This document shows, piece after piece, positions 49,363-61,219 of a stretch of 64,000 nt of DNA. Each line of letters starts with the position of its first letter. Position 1 is the stretch's first letter. The notes under the pieces were generated by a model. That model saw only the letters and a list, made by a program, of their open reading frames with translations. It was not told the origin of the DNA and did no database searches. Origin of the DNA: Monocercomonoides exilis PA203 (lineage: Eukaryota; Protista; Preaxostyla). Made by a program: the position numbers and the translations under genes. The stretch is from contig LSRY02000018.1 in NCBI GenBank assembly GCA_001643675.2, positions 558,001-622,000 of the forward strand, in the 5' to 3' direction.

Positions 49363-51092
49363 TTTCACAATTCTTAGTTGCTTGATTAATTGATTTGAAA
49401 ACGGATAAATAACGATTCCTATTATTTTGAAAAAATCAATTTTTCAAATTTGATGATCGAGCTCCCAATATGTGTTTCTTTGACTGGAAATGTTTGTAAA
49501 TGAATTATCTGTCACAATTTGTCATTGACCGTCATCGACCTTCAATGACAAAAGGTAAATTGATTGATATATCAGATGCAATCAACGAATATTTTCCATA
49601 GTGCTTAATAAAGTCTAAAAAAGTTTTCTTTATCGTTTATTGTATTAATTTTTGTTTTTATTTTTATTTATTTATTTTTAGTGACAGACATATGATTTCA
49701 TTACTTGTCATGTCACAGAAGGATTATTTTTTTGAAGAATAAATAGCAAATGTTGCATAATTGTATTTTCTGAATTTTATTTATCACTGATTTATTCAAT
49801 ATTTATCTCATTTTTAAATATTTTTTGTTCTGCATTTTTTTGTCATATTAAATCAGACTTAGAATGAATATGATTAAAGAAAAGGTTTGAAAAAAATGGT
49901 TGCTTTTTCATAAATGCAAAAATAATGTGCCTAATAAAAGACAACGTTTCCATTGAGCGATGTTTTTTAAAAATTCAACGATTCACGGTTGCTTCATAGC
50001 AGAAAAATAAAAATAAAAATTGAGTATAAAAATTTAAAACAAAAGATAATCAATAGACATATTTTAGTGAGACGCAATAAATTTAAATATATTTTCTCAA
50101 TTTCAATCACCTTCAACCTATCCAAATTTGCTTAATCGAATTCGAATTCCCTTTAACTTTTTTTTTTGGTTAAAAGGGCAATTTTATGATCAACTCAAAA
50201 TGATCGCAAGTTTTTGTTTTTGTGCATTTTTCAATAACTTTGAATGAAAACTGGACAAAAGATTATGGCTCATCATTAAAAAGAAATGCGTTTGATCAAT
50301 TTATAAAATATTTTGAGTTTTTTCTGTCAATTTATCTAAAATGTGACTTTCTTTGTTATTGATGTATTCTCTTTCACATACTCAAGCTTTGCATATTGCA
50401 ATATGTTTTGGATGTTCCATTTTAGCTTTTAACGAGATACAAATTGTATTTTCTTAAATTTTTTTACATTTTGCAATATTTTCATTTCAACTTCAATTTT
50501 TATTGGCTATGAAATAATAAAGAAGTAAAATTAAGTTTAAGTTTGAAATTATTTTGCTGAAAAATAAAACAAAAGAAAAAATCTTATATTTCTAAAAAAT
50601 AATTTTTCCAATTTTTTTTAAAAGAGAGAAATGAGAGAGAAAATTGGTGAATGTTTATTAAGGTAAATGATAATGATGATAATGGCCTTTATGTGGTTAT
50701 TTGAATATTGTGATTGTTATTTTGTTTGACTATGATTTTCATTGGATGAGAAAGAAGAAGATCGTGCGCGAGATAAGTTTGAATCTGAAGATGCAGAAGA
50801 ATCTGATTGTTGAGAAAATAAATGATGAGTAAAAATCAATTGCAAAGATGAAATTGGAATATTTGACTGTGGTTGAGGAGAAATTGTCGTTTCATTCAGT
50901 GAAGCTTGAGAAGAATATTGTGTATTTATTAGGGGCAAAGGTGAATTCAATGAAAATTGATTAGATGAAGTCGACTTCCGCATACGAGTTGATTCCCATT
51001 GATCTGGAAGAAACCAAGAAAAAGTATAACTTCAAGTATCATCGTTTGTTCTTTCAATTTCTTTCAACTTATCTTCATTTCTTTCAGAATCG

Positions 51093-51942
51093 GGCAAATT
51101 CGCGTTATATCGGACATCGAAGTATTGATTTTATTGTTGATAGAAATGTCTATCAATCAAATATATTTATGTTTTGGTGATTCAAATAGCGCGGAAGTTA
51201 GTCAAAATCAGGTTTTTAATTTTTTTTTTCTTAAAAAAAATGATTGTGGCACATACAAAAAAGTCGAAAAATCGAAAAAATTGACGCAATTATTATTCAC
51301 CCTCTCGTTCTGATAAATCTTCACAATCAGACAATCCCAAGCCATCACTTTTTGGAATAATTAAACATATGTGATGATTAAAAAATTAAAAAATTAAAAA
51401 CAGAAAAAAAGAACTTGGCGGGATTCGAACCATAGACCATTCAATTAATACAAGAAAAATCCTAACCATACAATCAGTGCTTCACACTGAAAGATTCTAT
51501 TCAAAATTTTTCTTTTATTTTTAACCCTAACCCTAAAACTTAACAAAAACCTATTAAATTAATTCAAATGCAAACCCTAACCTTAAAGCCACAGTCGAAA
51601 CGAAAATTGTTTGAGAAATGAAAACCTTAAAAAAAAAAAAATAGGTTTATTAAACTATTCCGTAAACTGTTCTAGTGAACACTCATCATTAATAAATGCA
51701 TAAATTTAATAAAAATCTGAAATTTTCATTTGTCTTGAAAAAGCTATTTTTGGACTTTATCTTTTTTTCGATAACCCTAATGAGAAATTGACCCAAAATT
51801 GTAATATTATCGAAACATTTTTAATTTTTACAAAACGTTTTCCGCGCCTTAAAACTATTTTTATAATGAATAACATACATATTTAGGTATATCAGACGCA
51901 AAAAACTGGAATTTTCGTTGTCCGATATAACGCGATTATACC
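51093..51942. mobile_element. Non-autonomous TIR element (Merlin-like: GG ends, 8-bp TSD), 850 bp
   Basis: TSD CAGAATCG at 51085-51092 and 51943-51950. TIR core TCGCGTTATATCGGACA. Inserted in the 3' tail of the ISL2EU/Harbinger ORF. Confidence 0.85.
51404..51480 (-). promoter_or_regulatory. tRNA-derived Pol III-like cassette (not a functional tRNA)
   Basis: Minus strand reads TGATTGTATGGTTAGG (A-box/D-loop-like), then GGTTCGAATCC (B-box), then a T7 run. Cloverleaf stems do not pair. Confidence 0.55.
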
Positions 51943-51950
51943 CAGAATCG

Positions 51951-53323
51951 TTGAAATTAACACTTTGACTTTTTTCTTTTTCTTTTTCTTTTCCTTCAGA
52001 AGTTTATTCATCATCTATTTCTATTTCTTCTTTTTCTTCCAATTCCAATAATGAATGTTTATGTTTTTTCTCTTGATATGAATGCTTTGAAAACCGTTCG
52101 CAGTATGGGTCGTCTGATTCTGTTGATTCTTCTAAAAATGATAAATATTGGAAACATGAAAGTTAAAAAATGTTCTTTACATGCTCAAAAGAACAATATG
52201 GGTGCAAAAACAAAAACAAACCAATTCTTTGGATTGACTTTGAATATTCAAATGTTGAATTCTCATTTGCAAGATTTTGTTTTTTTCTTTGTCTTTCTGA
52301 GTATTTATTGTTCGCTTTCTTTTTCGCTTCCTTTTTTTGATAAAATAGAGTGTGAAGTTCGTAAATAATCAACTCGTTTGCTTCGCAATCTGATTTCGTT
52401 AAAGGATTGTGTAAAATGTGAAAATTGGTTAAACAAACTGAAAAAATAAAAAAATCTTCAACTGTTTTAATATCCATCGGCCAATTTCTTCTGAATACAG
52501 AAAATAAAGTCTTTAATCGTCCAAAAAATCTTTCCACAAAACTCTGTGCTTCGATAGATACGGTGTTCCATGTGGTTTTGTAATAATAGCTCCCAGTTCT
52601 GCTTTGGCTCCCATATATGCTGAGTCTGCCATGATTTTTGAGCCTTAAAGATGTTGAGAGAAGTTTGGATAGTGATTTTTAATAATTTCCTAGTCATGGA
52701 CACTTCCTGGGTATAAATCGCTGATTGTGCTGGCTAATCAGTTCTTTGGATTGACTCCAATTTCAACTTTAACACAGTAAGAATGAAGTTTTCCACTCAA
52801 TAATTTCATTCAATCTGCCAATTTTCCACTTGGCCTGTTAATAGGCACAATTGTGCAACCCATAATTAGACCAATCATTTGCAACTTTTTAATTCAATCT
52901 TTACGAAAAATCAAAAGAAAATTAACAAGTATATCTTTTGTGTTTCCAACAATGCTGTGGTATAACTGCGTAACTGAGCTATGTGATTTGTAAAATGGAT
53001 AAGTCAAAAGTTCTGTCATTGACGTTGATCATTAATGAAGGAAACTGAGAAAAAAAAGAAGTTCTTCATCAATATTTTAAATAACTCTTTGCTTACCATG
53101 ATGTTGAGGTAATTCATAATCAAGAAGAAGAAGCAACATATCAAATTCTGTTCTTGTGAAACCTGTCAAGCGGAAAAATCCGTGAATGGGGTCTTCGCTT
53201 TTTTGACAAGCTTTTACAAATAAGGATTTTTTTTTTCTCTTCTGGAGTTATTGGTAGATGCGTTGAAAGCGTTATTCTTTTTTCTGCACGCTCAAGAACC
53301 TCCAAAAAATTTTATCGTTCCAT
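51951..53323 (-). pseudogene. PIF/Harbinger-ISL2EU (DDE_Tnp_4, IS5-related) transposase remnant
   Basis: FFRLTGFTRTEFDML, GLIMGCTIVPINRP, SGKLHSYCVKVEIGVNP, MADSAYMG, VERFFGRLKTLF..CLTNFHI. A low-complexity tail continues beyond the 51093-51942 insertion to about 50717. Confidence 0.82.
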
Positions 53324-54059
53324 GACTAATATTTATTTACATAATTTCAATTGATCATGAACCATTTTTTGTTCAATCAACTTTATGATCGATGAACCAG
53401 TATTTGAAGTTAAAAATTGATTGAGTCATTTTGAAAAAGAATTTGTTTTATCGCATTTTTATAAAACTTAATTCGATTTTGTTCCACTTTTTCTTATTGA
53501 ATAATTTTATTCTAAATATACTTTTTATTTTTTTTTTATTTTTCTTCTTATTTGACATATGCTCGCACAGTTTGATTTTTTCATGATTGCAACTTCAATG
53601 TGCAAAGTTTTGCTTATCCTTTATTTCAGTTACAACAATCATTATCAACATGGAAACATTAAACATATGAATGGATTTTTCAAAAGCTTCATATTTTCAA
53701 ATTTTTGTATTTCTTTCTTTTTTTTCCATTTTTCTTCATTTGATGCTTTCTTTGAATCCAAAAATACACAATAACAAATTTGAAAGAAAATTTTTGTTAC
53801 TAAACTTAAAAACAATTGATGATAAACGTATATGAAAGCATATTAGTCATTATTTTTTTTATTGTTTATCTCGTTCATATTAGCATATGTTTTTAATCAC
53901 CAATTCAAATTCATGATCATTGCAGCTGCATTAATTACATAAAGATATAATTTTGATGTTGTGAGGAGTTTGATGAGATGATGTTTAAAGTTGATGGAAT
54001 GAATAATAATTGAAACAAGCCATTTATCAGAGAGCTTAAGTAATTACGTGGTTCTATTC

Positions 54060-54560
54060 TGGTGTTGCGTGAGCTGCTGCAAAGGGGTGAACGCACATGA
54101 GCGAAATTACATTTAAAGGGTTTTGCTAATAATACAGATGGTGGAGCAGATTCAGTAGATTATTATGAAGCTGTCCTCCGTGTGGAAGAATCAATTGGAT
54201 TTTCAAAACAGTTGATGAGTATGATCTCCGTTCGATCTTCAATCTGGTTGATGCTTCTCTTCGCTCATCTGCAATAACACTGTTTGTGGATCGATCGAGG
54301 CATTCGAGGTTAGATGTGGAGAAGCTGGACCACGAATTAAAGGGGGGAGGGGTTGCCGTGCGAGAAGTGTGGGAGATTGTGGAGAAGTGTCTGGAAGAAG
54401 CAGGGCTAAGGATGGATGATGTTGTTCTGTTGTGCTAAAGGAACGATCTGTTGGCATGGGAGGATGGAGAAGAAGACGAAGCAGAAGAAATAACAGCAAC
54501 AGAAGAATAATGAAGAGGAAAATAAAAAGGAAAAACACGAGAATACGAATCAAGAGATAA
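54060..54560 (+). pseudogene. Orphan repeated domain, copy 4
   Basis: From 54211: VDEYDLRSIFNLVDAS..KLDHELKGGGVAVREVWEIVEKCLEEAGLRMDDVVL. This frame is absent from the ORF track. Confidence 0.65.
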
Positions 54561-57457
54561 AGAAGTTTTCGTTGTTCTTGATGTTGTTGTTAATGATCTG
54601 AGACGAAAAGCGAGCTGATGGAGCATCTTCAATGGAAGCACAAGATCATTTCGATGAGTCAAAAGATAATTTCAAAGCTTAGCGAGAAAGACAGCGAAGA
54701 AGTGATGAAGCAACAGGAGCAGCTGGATGTGAAGAAGAAGAAGGAGAAGCACATTGGTATGTTGATCGAGATGGAGAAGAGCAGAACGAAGCAGGATAGC
54801 GTGGAAAGAGATGATTGTGAAGTTTCAATGGTGTGGAAGGAGAAAAAATGTTACGGGAGGGTTAAATAAAGTGTGCGCTTTGGAGCTGCATAAGCAGTTG
54901 TCGTCTGTGCAGATGAAGTGGCTGCGATGCTGCTGAATGCAGATCTCTATTTTTCTGTCGCAGAACAACTCAGTTGTCAAGACGGGTAGCCGGTGCTGGA
55001 TGATCAGGCACAGATGCTTTCGTGTGCGAGTGGGGAAAGGGATGAATCGAAGTGTTGTTGCTGTGCAGTTGGAGGTGGTGAAGAGAGAAAGGCTGCATGT
55101 TCTGTTCCGAACGGAGCTGCTGTTGGTGGAGCTGGTGAGGCTGCAGCAGGGGAGGAATGTGGTTGGAGGTCAATCTTCTTTGGTTTTCCTCCGGGGAACG
55201 TGCAGTTTGTGGAGTTGTTTCACGAGCCGATAGAGTGGCAGAGAAAGGGAGAAGGAATCAATGTCTTTTCGTGCATCACCACAATTAGCTTTTTCAACAC
55301 GACACAAACAGGTTCTGAATAGAAAAGAATTGGTTATCAACAACATGCTGCTGTCATTTGAGTATGCATTGTGTGTGTGATCGATCCTTCCATTTCTCCA
55401 CTCGCATTTTCATTGGAGTTGCAATTTCCATCGCAATCTTCATCTTTTCCTTTTTTTTCGTCTTCTTTCTTTTCTTTCTTTTTTCTTTTTGTTCAATTCA
55501 TCTTTAAGCAACTCTCAATGTTCTATTTTCTTTTTTCTTTTTTTCTTCCTTATCATTTCACTTTCTTTTTCAATCATACAACCTCTGAATATCTTTTTCT
55601 TGAAGAATTTTTGTCTAATTTCTTCTTCGACCATATCGTTAACTTTTTTCTTTCTCTTATTGCTTTTAACAAGATTTGCCAGATATACTCTCTCAAATTT
55701 ACAAAAAATGATCTTTTCCCTTCATTTATTATATACCGATTTCATAAGTGAGTGATTCATGCTCTTTTTCCATATGAAAACATGACTGAAAATGCATTTG
55801 CCTAAATCGTCATGCCAGAAAAAAATAATATGTGATTTAAAAAAATTTTTCAAAAAACCTAACCTATATCTTTAAATGTTAATTGATCTTTAGTAACTTT
55901 ATTCTTTCTTCTTCTTCAAACACTGATCCTAATTTGCTGTGAAACTTACCTGTCTCTTCTTCTCTTTTTTTCTGCTTTATCAAAAAAATAACCAAAGTCA
56001 TGCCCGCAGTTTTGCTTGCTCTCAAATATCTGATAAAACTCTAAATTGAAATAAAAACGAGGAAGTGGAAGAGGAAGAAGTGATGCAATCGAAATGCTAT
56101 GAAAACGATGGAAGAAATGAAGGCAGTGACGTTAAAGAAGAAGTTGAAGAAGACGACGAATAAGAAGAAAAACATAAAGAAGGATGTGAAGAGTGAGAGA
56201 AAAATGTGAAAGAGATGCATAAAAAACGAAACATTTGATAACATTTCAGTTATTTGAAGAGAAAATGAAAGAGACAAGGAAAATCAACATGATGAGATAT
56301 CATATTGACGAAAGTGGTTATCCTGAAAAACAGAAATTTAAGGAATGAAAAGCAAAATGCATTAAAACTGCCAAGTCACCTTCCATTTTTTGAAACAGAA
56401 CTTTTAACAGCTTTGTGCAACGATAGTATTCAGCCCAACAATAAAAGATTAGACGATGATGAGGCATCAATTGCTGCTGAAGCGAAGAACAGTGCAAAAT
56501 CTCATGCAAAATTAGAAGGCGAGAAGTTCCATATGGAGAAGCTGCAATGATGTTATGACGCTTGGCCAATAAATCAAAAATAAGATGGAACAATGTGCAA
56601 ATCATGAAAAAGTGGAAGTTCTAAGGATTAATATAAATCAAGTGTTTCATAATATTAATAAAAACAATATATCTGCTATCAAGAGATCGGCTTTCACCAT
56701 CGTGCTTTTTATATTTAGGAAACAGATAGTAATAGCATGAATACAACAATCTGCTCTTTTTTTCAATGAAATAATTTTCGTAAAATAATTCAAATTTTTT
56801 TTAACATTTTGTTTCATGTCGAATCAAAAAATTGTTGGTCCAATTGCAAGAATAACTTGTTTTGATTCTGGTTGTTGCTGTGATTTTCCGTTCACACTCT
56901 CACTGAAAATTGGATCATTTCGAAATTTCACAACCAAATGCATTTATGCATGAATAGATGTGACGGTTTTCCGAATAACTTTCAAAAACATGAATGTTCA
57001 GCACAATGATTGCCACTCGATGCATATTTCACAGACAAGTTTCTGAAAGTGCAGTCATGTCTTTGTTGTTTTTTTCTCATTCTTACATCAGAAAATAGTC
57101 TTTTGATGATAAAGCCGAAATTTTAAAAATATGAAACCCAATTTTGTTGTGAAATGTAATTGTCCAATGTTAACTTTAATTATTCCGAACTGTCCAAACC
57201 GAATATAATCACATCTGATTTTGCACAACTTTTTGCGTTTAAATCGATTGTGATTATAAACGAAGTCGCTTTTCATAGAAAAAATAGAAAAAAAATGTAA
57301 ATTTATTAGGTTGGTTTTTTGGTAAATGCAGAAGATAGGGGTACCGATTTTTTTTGTTTGATCCTGGAAAAAATAAAATAAACAACAACAAATATATATA
57401 TTTGTAATATTCATATCACTTAAAGTTTTTTTTATTTTCACATTTTTGTAAACATAT

Positions 57458-57956
57458 GGGAAATACTTTTTGATATCATATTTTTTCGATCAAAGTTTTC
57501 GAATTAACAATTTGTCGCAAATATTCAGAAATAAATCAAATGTTATTTCAAATGTCATAAATGAATTTCACTGTCTTTCTATGATAATGCACATTTGAAA
57601 GATAACAACTTGTAAAAATGAAACGCTTTTTTGTAAAATTTTTTGCAAATAACTGTGAATAAGAAAATTGTTCTCCCCACGAAAAAATATATGATTTCAA
57701 AAATAATCACCCATATGGGTAATTCTTTTTGAAAAGTCGCAAATGTTTAATTTCTAAATAAATCAAAAATTTCATTTTTGGCTCAAATTTCTGTTTCAGC
57801 TCACAAATCTCCTCAAGAATGTTTGAAATAGCATTATCAATGAATAGATTTGATTGAAGTGAAGTTTGATATTAGTTAACAAAAATTTGAGCAAAATATA
57901 AAAATTGTGAAGTATTAGAAAATTAAACATTTGCGACTTTTCAAAAAGAATTACCC
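57458..57956. mobile_element. Tandem MITE pair A (57458-57712, 255 bp) + B (57717-57956, 240 bp) inside Merlin
   Basis: ATAT|GGG...CCC|ATAT|GGG...CCC|ATAT, with the same TIR families as 9946-10446. Confidence 0.85.
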
Positions 57957-57960
57957 ATAT

Positions 57961-59050
57961 TATGCTCGTTTTTCAGAAAATATGGGATTGATCAGTTTTC
58001 GTTGTCATTTGATCCTGACTGAATTTGAAACAAACATATCTATTTCGAGATATTTAAGAATGTTTATGGACTTTGATTGCACTTGGACATGGTATCGAGT
58101 GCAATTACTTAATTGCTGTTCCAAAAAATGCACGAATTGTCAAAAACAAATGAATTTATGTCTTAATATGGGGAAGCGTTGCTGGATATGAAAAAATTGC
58201 AAAAGAAAAATAAGTGTTTTTAAGGACATTTCGTTTTTCATGTCAAAGATTAGGATATCAAAACTTCTGCAACTTTTGCTATAATTATATATGAAATTAA
58301 GTTTCTAACAAATTTCGTATTTGGTGGGCATTAGCAGAGACATAGTTTCATATTGAGCAAGCGTTTCAAGAAAATCTGCTGTTGACACTGTTGCGAAAAT
58401 GGATTTGACATTGGGAGGATAAGAGTGCAACGTTGAAATAGATGAACCCGTTCTATGCAAAAGAGAATTATAAAAAGAAGGGGCTAAACAACAAATATGG
58501 ATCTTTGGTATGGTGGAGCGAAAAACTGATCGTAACCAAGGAAAATGTCTTATTGTCCGTGTTGTAAACAGAAAGAAAGAAACTTTTATACCCATTATTG
58601 AAAATTTCGTAAAAAAGCAGACAACAGTTTATTCTGACGAGTGGCGAGCGTATTCCTGTTTGAATTCTTTGGGTTTTAAACATTCAACGGTTTGCCATAA
58701 GTATCGGTTCAAAGATAAAATATCATCTGCTTGCACGAAAATTATCGAAGGGTTTTGGAGTCAATTAAGAAATTTTTTACCACGTACAAGTACAAGATTA
58801 AAACTTTAGATAATTATTTGGAAAGTTTTATGATGGAAAAAAACAAACCTTTACATTTTCACGAGTATGTTTGAATGATTCATGATTTTGAACATGCAAA
58901 GGAGTTCGAAAAACAAAAGGAGCAAATTGAAGATATTGTTGATGAAAACACAGAGACTGATAGCGATATAACTCTAACAGCTGAAGGATCATCGGACGAG
59001 GATCTAGGAGCAGGTGATGGCAGTGAAGCTTCTGAATACACTGAAAATTG
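57961..59050 (+). pseudogene. Merlin transposase, decayed
   Basis: CxxC near the N-terminus (CTNCQK), VEIDE, QIWIFGMVER, TVYSDEWRAY, HSTVCH, IIEGFWSQLR. Stops and frameshifts present. Confidence 0.9.
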
Positions 59051-61219
59051 AGTTTTTTAATATTTTTTCACATTCGCAAAATATCACAAGAATTCACTCA
59101 ATGTTCTCATTTATTTTCTTAAAACTGCATCGAAATTGTCAATGAAGCTTTTTGAGTATATTCAAAAATTTTTCTATTAAAAAAATAGGTACCCCTATCT
59201 TCTGCTCTTACCGGTTTTTTTATCCGGACATTTTTTTTAATCCGAACATTTTTTTAATTGGCGTTTCTCAATAAATAAAAACTGAAAATAGAAATAGCAT
59301 ATTGAAACAGGTTTGAATACGTATTTAATGTTCATATTAAAAAATTTTTTTGTCAATTTTTGTTTTTGATGAAGATCTTGGGAATTTTTAATTTATTTTT
59401 GATCATTTGTTTTGTTTATTTTGGACTATCTTTCTTTTTTTGTTTATTTTTAACTACAAGGCCATGAAACACACACGATGAAGTTTTATTATTCCAAATG
59501 TTTTATGTTTTTTCCTATTTTTTCAGGAGTTATTCGCATTTCATCGTTTTTGACAAAATTCATGAAGAATTGAATATTTTGAATGATACGACATTTATTA
59601 GATATTTTTGATGATGTGAATGAAAAGGAAAATACTTTAAGGAAGACTTTATTTGGTTATAACTTTGTGAAGTATTGTTGCAATAGTTGTATCAATCAGT
59701 TTTTGATTATTACTTGTTTGTTCATTTCATTTTTGTTTCAATTTAATATAACTAACAAATGAAATATGCAAAGTATTTTAATATTTTTAACATGGCATGT
59801 TGTATTATTAATCGTAAAATACAACAACAGATTAGAAAATTTCAGTTTTTCATGATTTTTGTCAAAAACGATGAAATGCGAAAAACTCCTGAAATAATAG
59901 GAAAAAACATAAAACATTTGGAATAATAAAACTTCATCGTGTGTGTTTCATGGCCTTGTAGTTAAAAATAAACAAAAAAAGAAAGATAGTCCAAAATAAA
60001 CAAAACAAATGATCAAAAATAAATTAAAAATTCCCAAGATCTTCATCAAAAACAAAAATTGACAAAAAAATTTTTTAATATGAACATTAAATACGTATTC
60101 AAACCTGTTTCAATATGCTATTTCTATTTTCAGTTTTTATTTATTGAGAAACGCCAATTAAAAAAATGTTCGGATTAAAAAAAATGTCCGGATAAAAAAA
60201 CTACCCAAATTAATTTTGTGTCAATTTTTTTTGTTTTTTAAATTCTTCACAAAAAACACATTTTTCACTTGCGAAATTAATTTTTATCATAAATACACAT
60301 TATTTAGACTTATTTAATCACATTTTTGAAAAAGAGAAAAGTTGAGATTTTTGATCAAAAAATCGATTTTTCAATGAAAAATGAACCCTTAATAATAAAA
60401 AATGTGATATATATTTTCAGCCCTGTGATTATATGCGATGAAAAATGAATGAAAAATATGCCAAAAATGTCGGTGCATCGAAAAATATGACAACATACGA
60501 ATGTGATTATATTCGACGTGATCATATCCGGCTTTAACTGTTGCTTGCACAAATGGCAAAGAAGAAAAAGCGATTTTCATTCTTTTTAAATCAAATGAGG
60601 ATAGGAAAAAAAATGAAAGAACAATATGCGAAAGATATCTCTGGACGAAACATTAAACTTCTGATAATAATTTTTTAATAAAAAAGTTATTGAAAGAGAT
60701 GCACATAGTATCACATTTATATTCTTCACAATATGAACTTTGTGAATCATGGAATTTGAACAAATTTTATTTGTGCACAGACTGTAAGATTATTTAACAC
60801 GATATTTCATCAGGGTTTAAAACTCCAATAATATTACTCAGAAAAGTGTTCATTTGTTGAAGCAAACAAATATATTCGGAAAAAAACAGTGATTCATTCT
60901 GGGCAAAAGTATTTTTTTCATAATCATAAAAGCAATCACATTTTCAGAAATAAAATCGACCTTTGATGGATAATTTGGTGAATAAAGATATTTTTCTAAA
61001 AATTACAAACTTAATAAACTATAATGGTTTGTATTTTTTGATCAGCGGTGATTTTTCAAAAATTTTCACTCAGTCAGACATTGATTACGCAAAATAGTTC
61101 GATATAAAAAAAACAAAAACAATGCACAAAATAAAAGTTTGTTTTTTGTCATTAAAAAAAATTTGTTTAAATGAGTATTTATTTGTCTTTCACATTCATT
61201 TTATGAATTTCATTTATGA

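Larger units (their letters stand above)
57321..59212 (+). mobile_element. Merlin (IS1016/IS1595-ISXO2-like) DNA transposon
   Basis: TIRs GGTAAATGCAGAAGATAGGGGTACC / GGTACCCCTATCTTCTGCTCTTACC. Exact 8-bp TSD GGTTTTTT (57313-57320, 59213-59220). Confidence 0.93.
57308..60206. mobile_element. About 1-kb foldback (Mutator-like) element split at its left tip by the Merlin insertion
   Basis: Arms 59214-about 59565 and about 59850-60201 are inverted repeats, with the outer about 300 bp identical. The left tip AGGTTGGTTTTTT lies at 57308-57320. Candidate 9-bp TSD AAATTTATT (57299-57307) / AAATTAATT (60207-60215). Confidence 0.75.

Noticed and set aside
51404-51480. Functional tRNA gene
   Set aside because: The B-box is present but the acceptor, anticodon and T stems do not pair.
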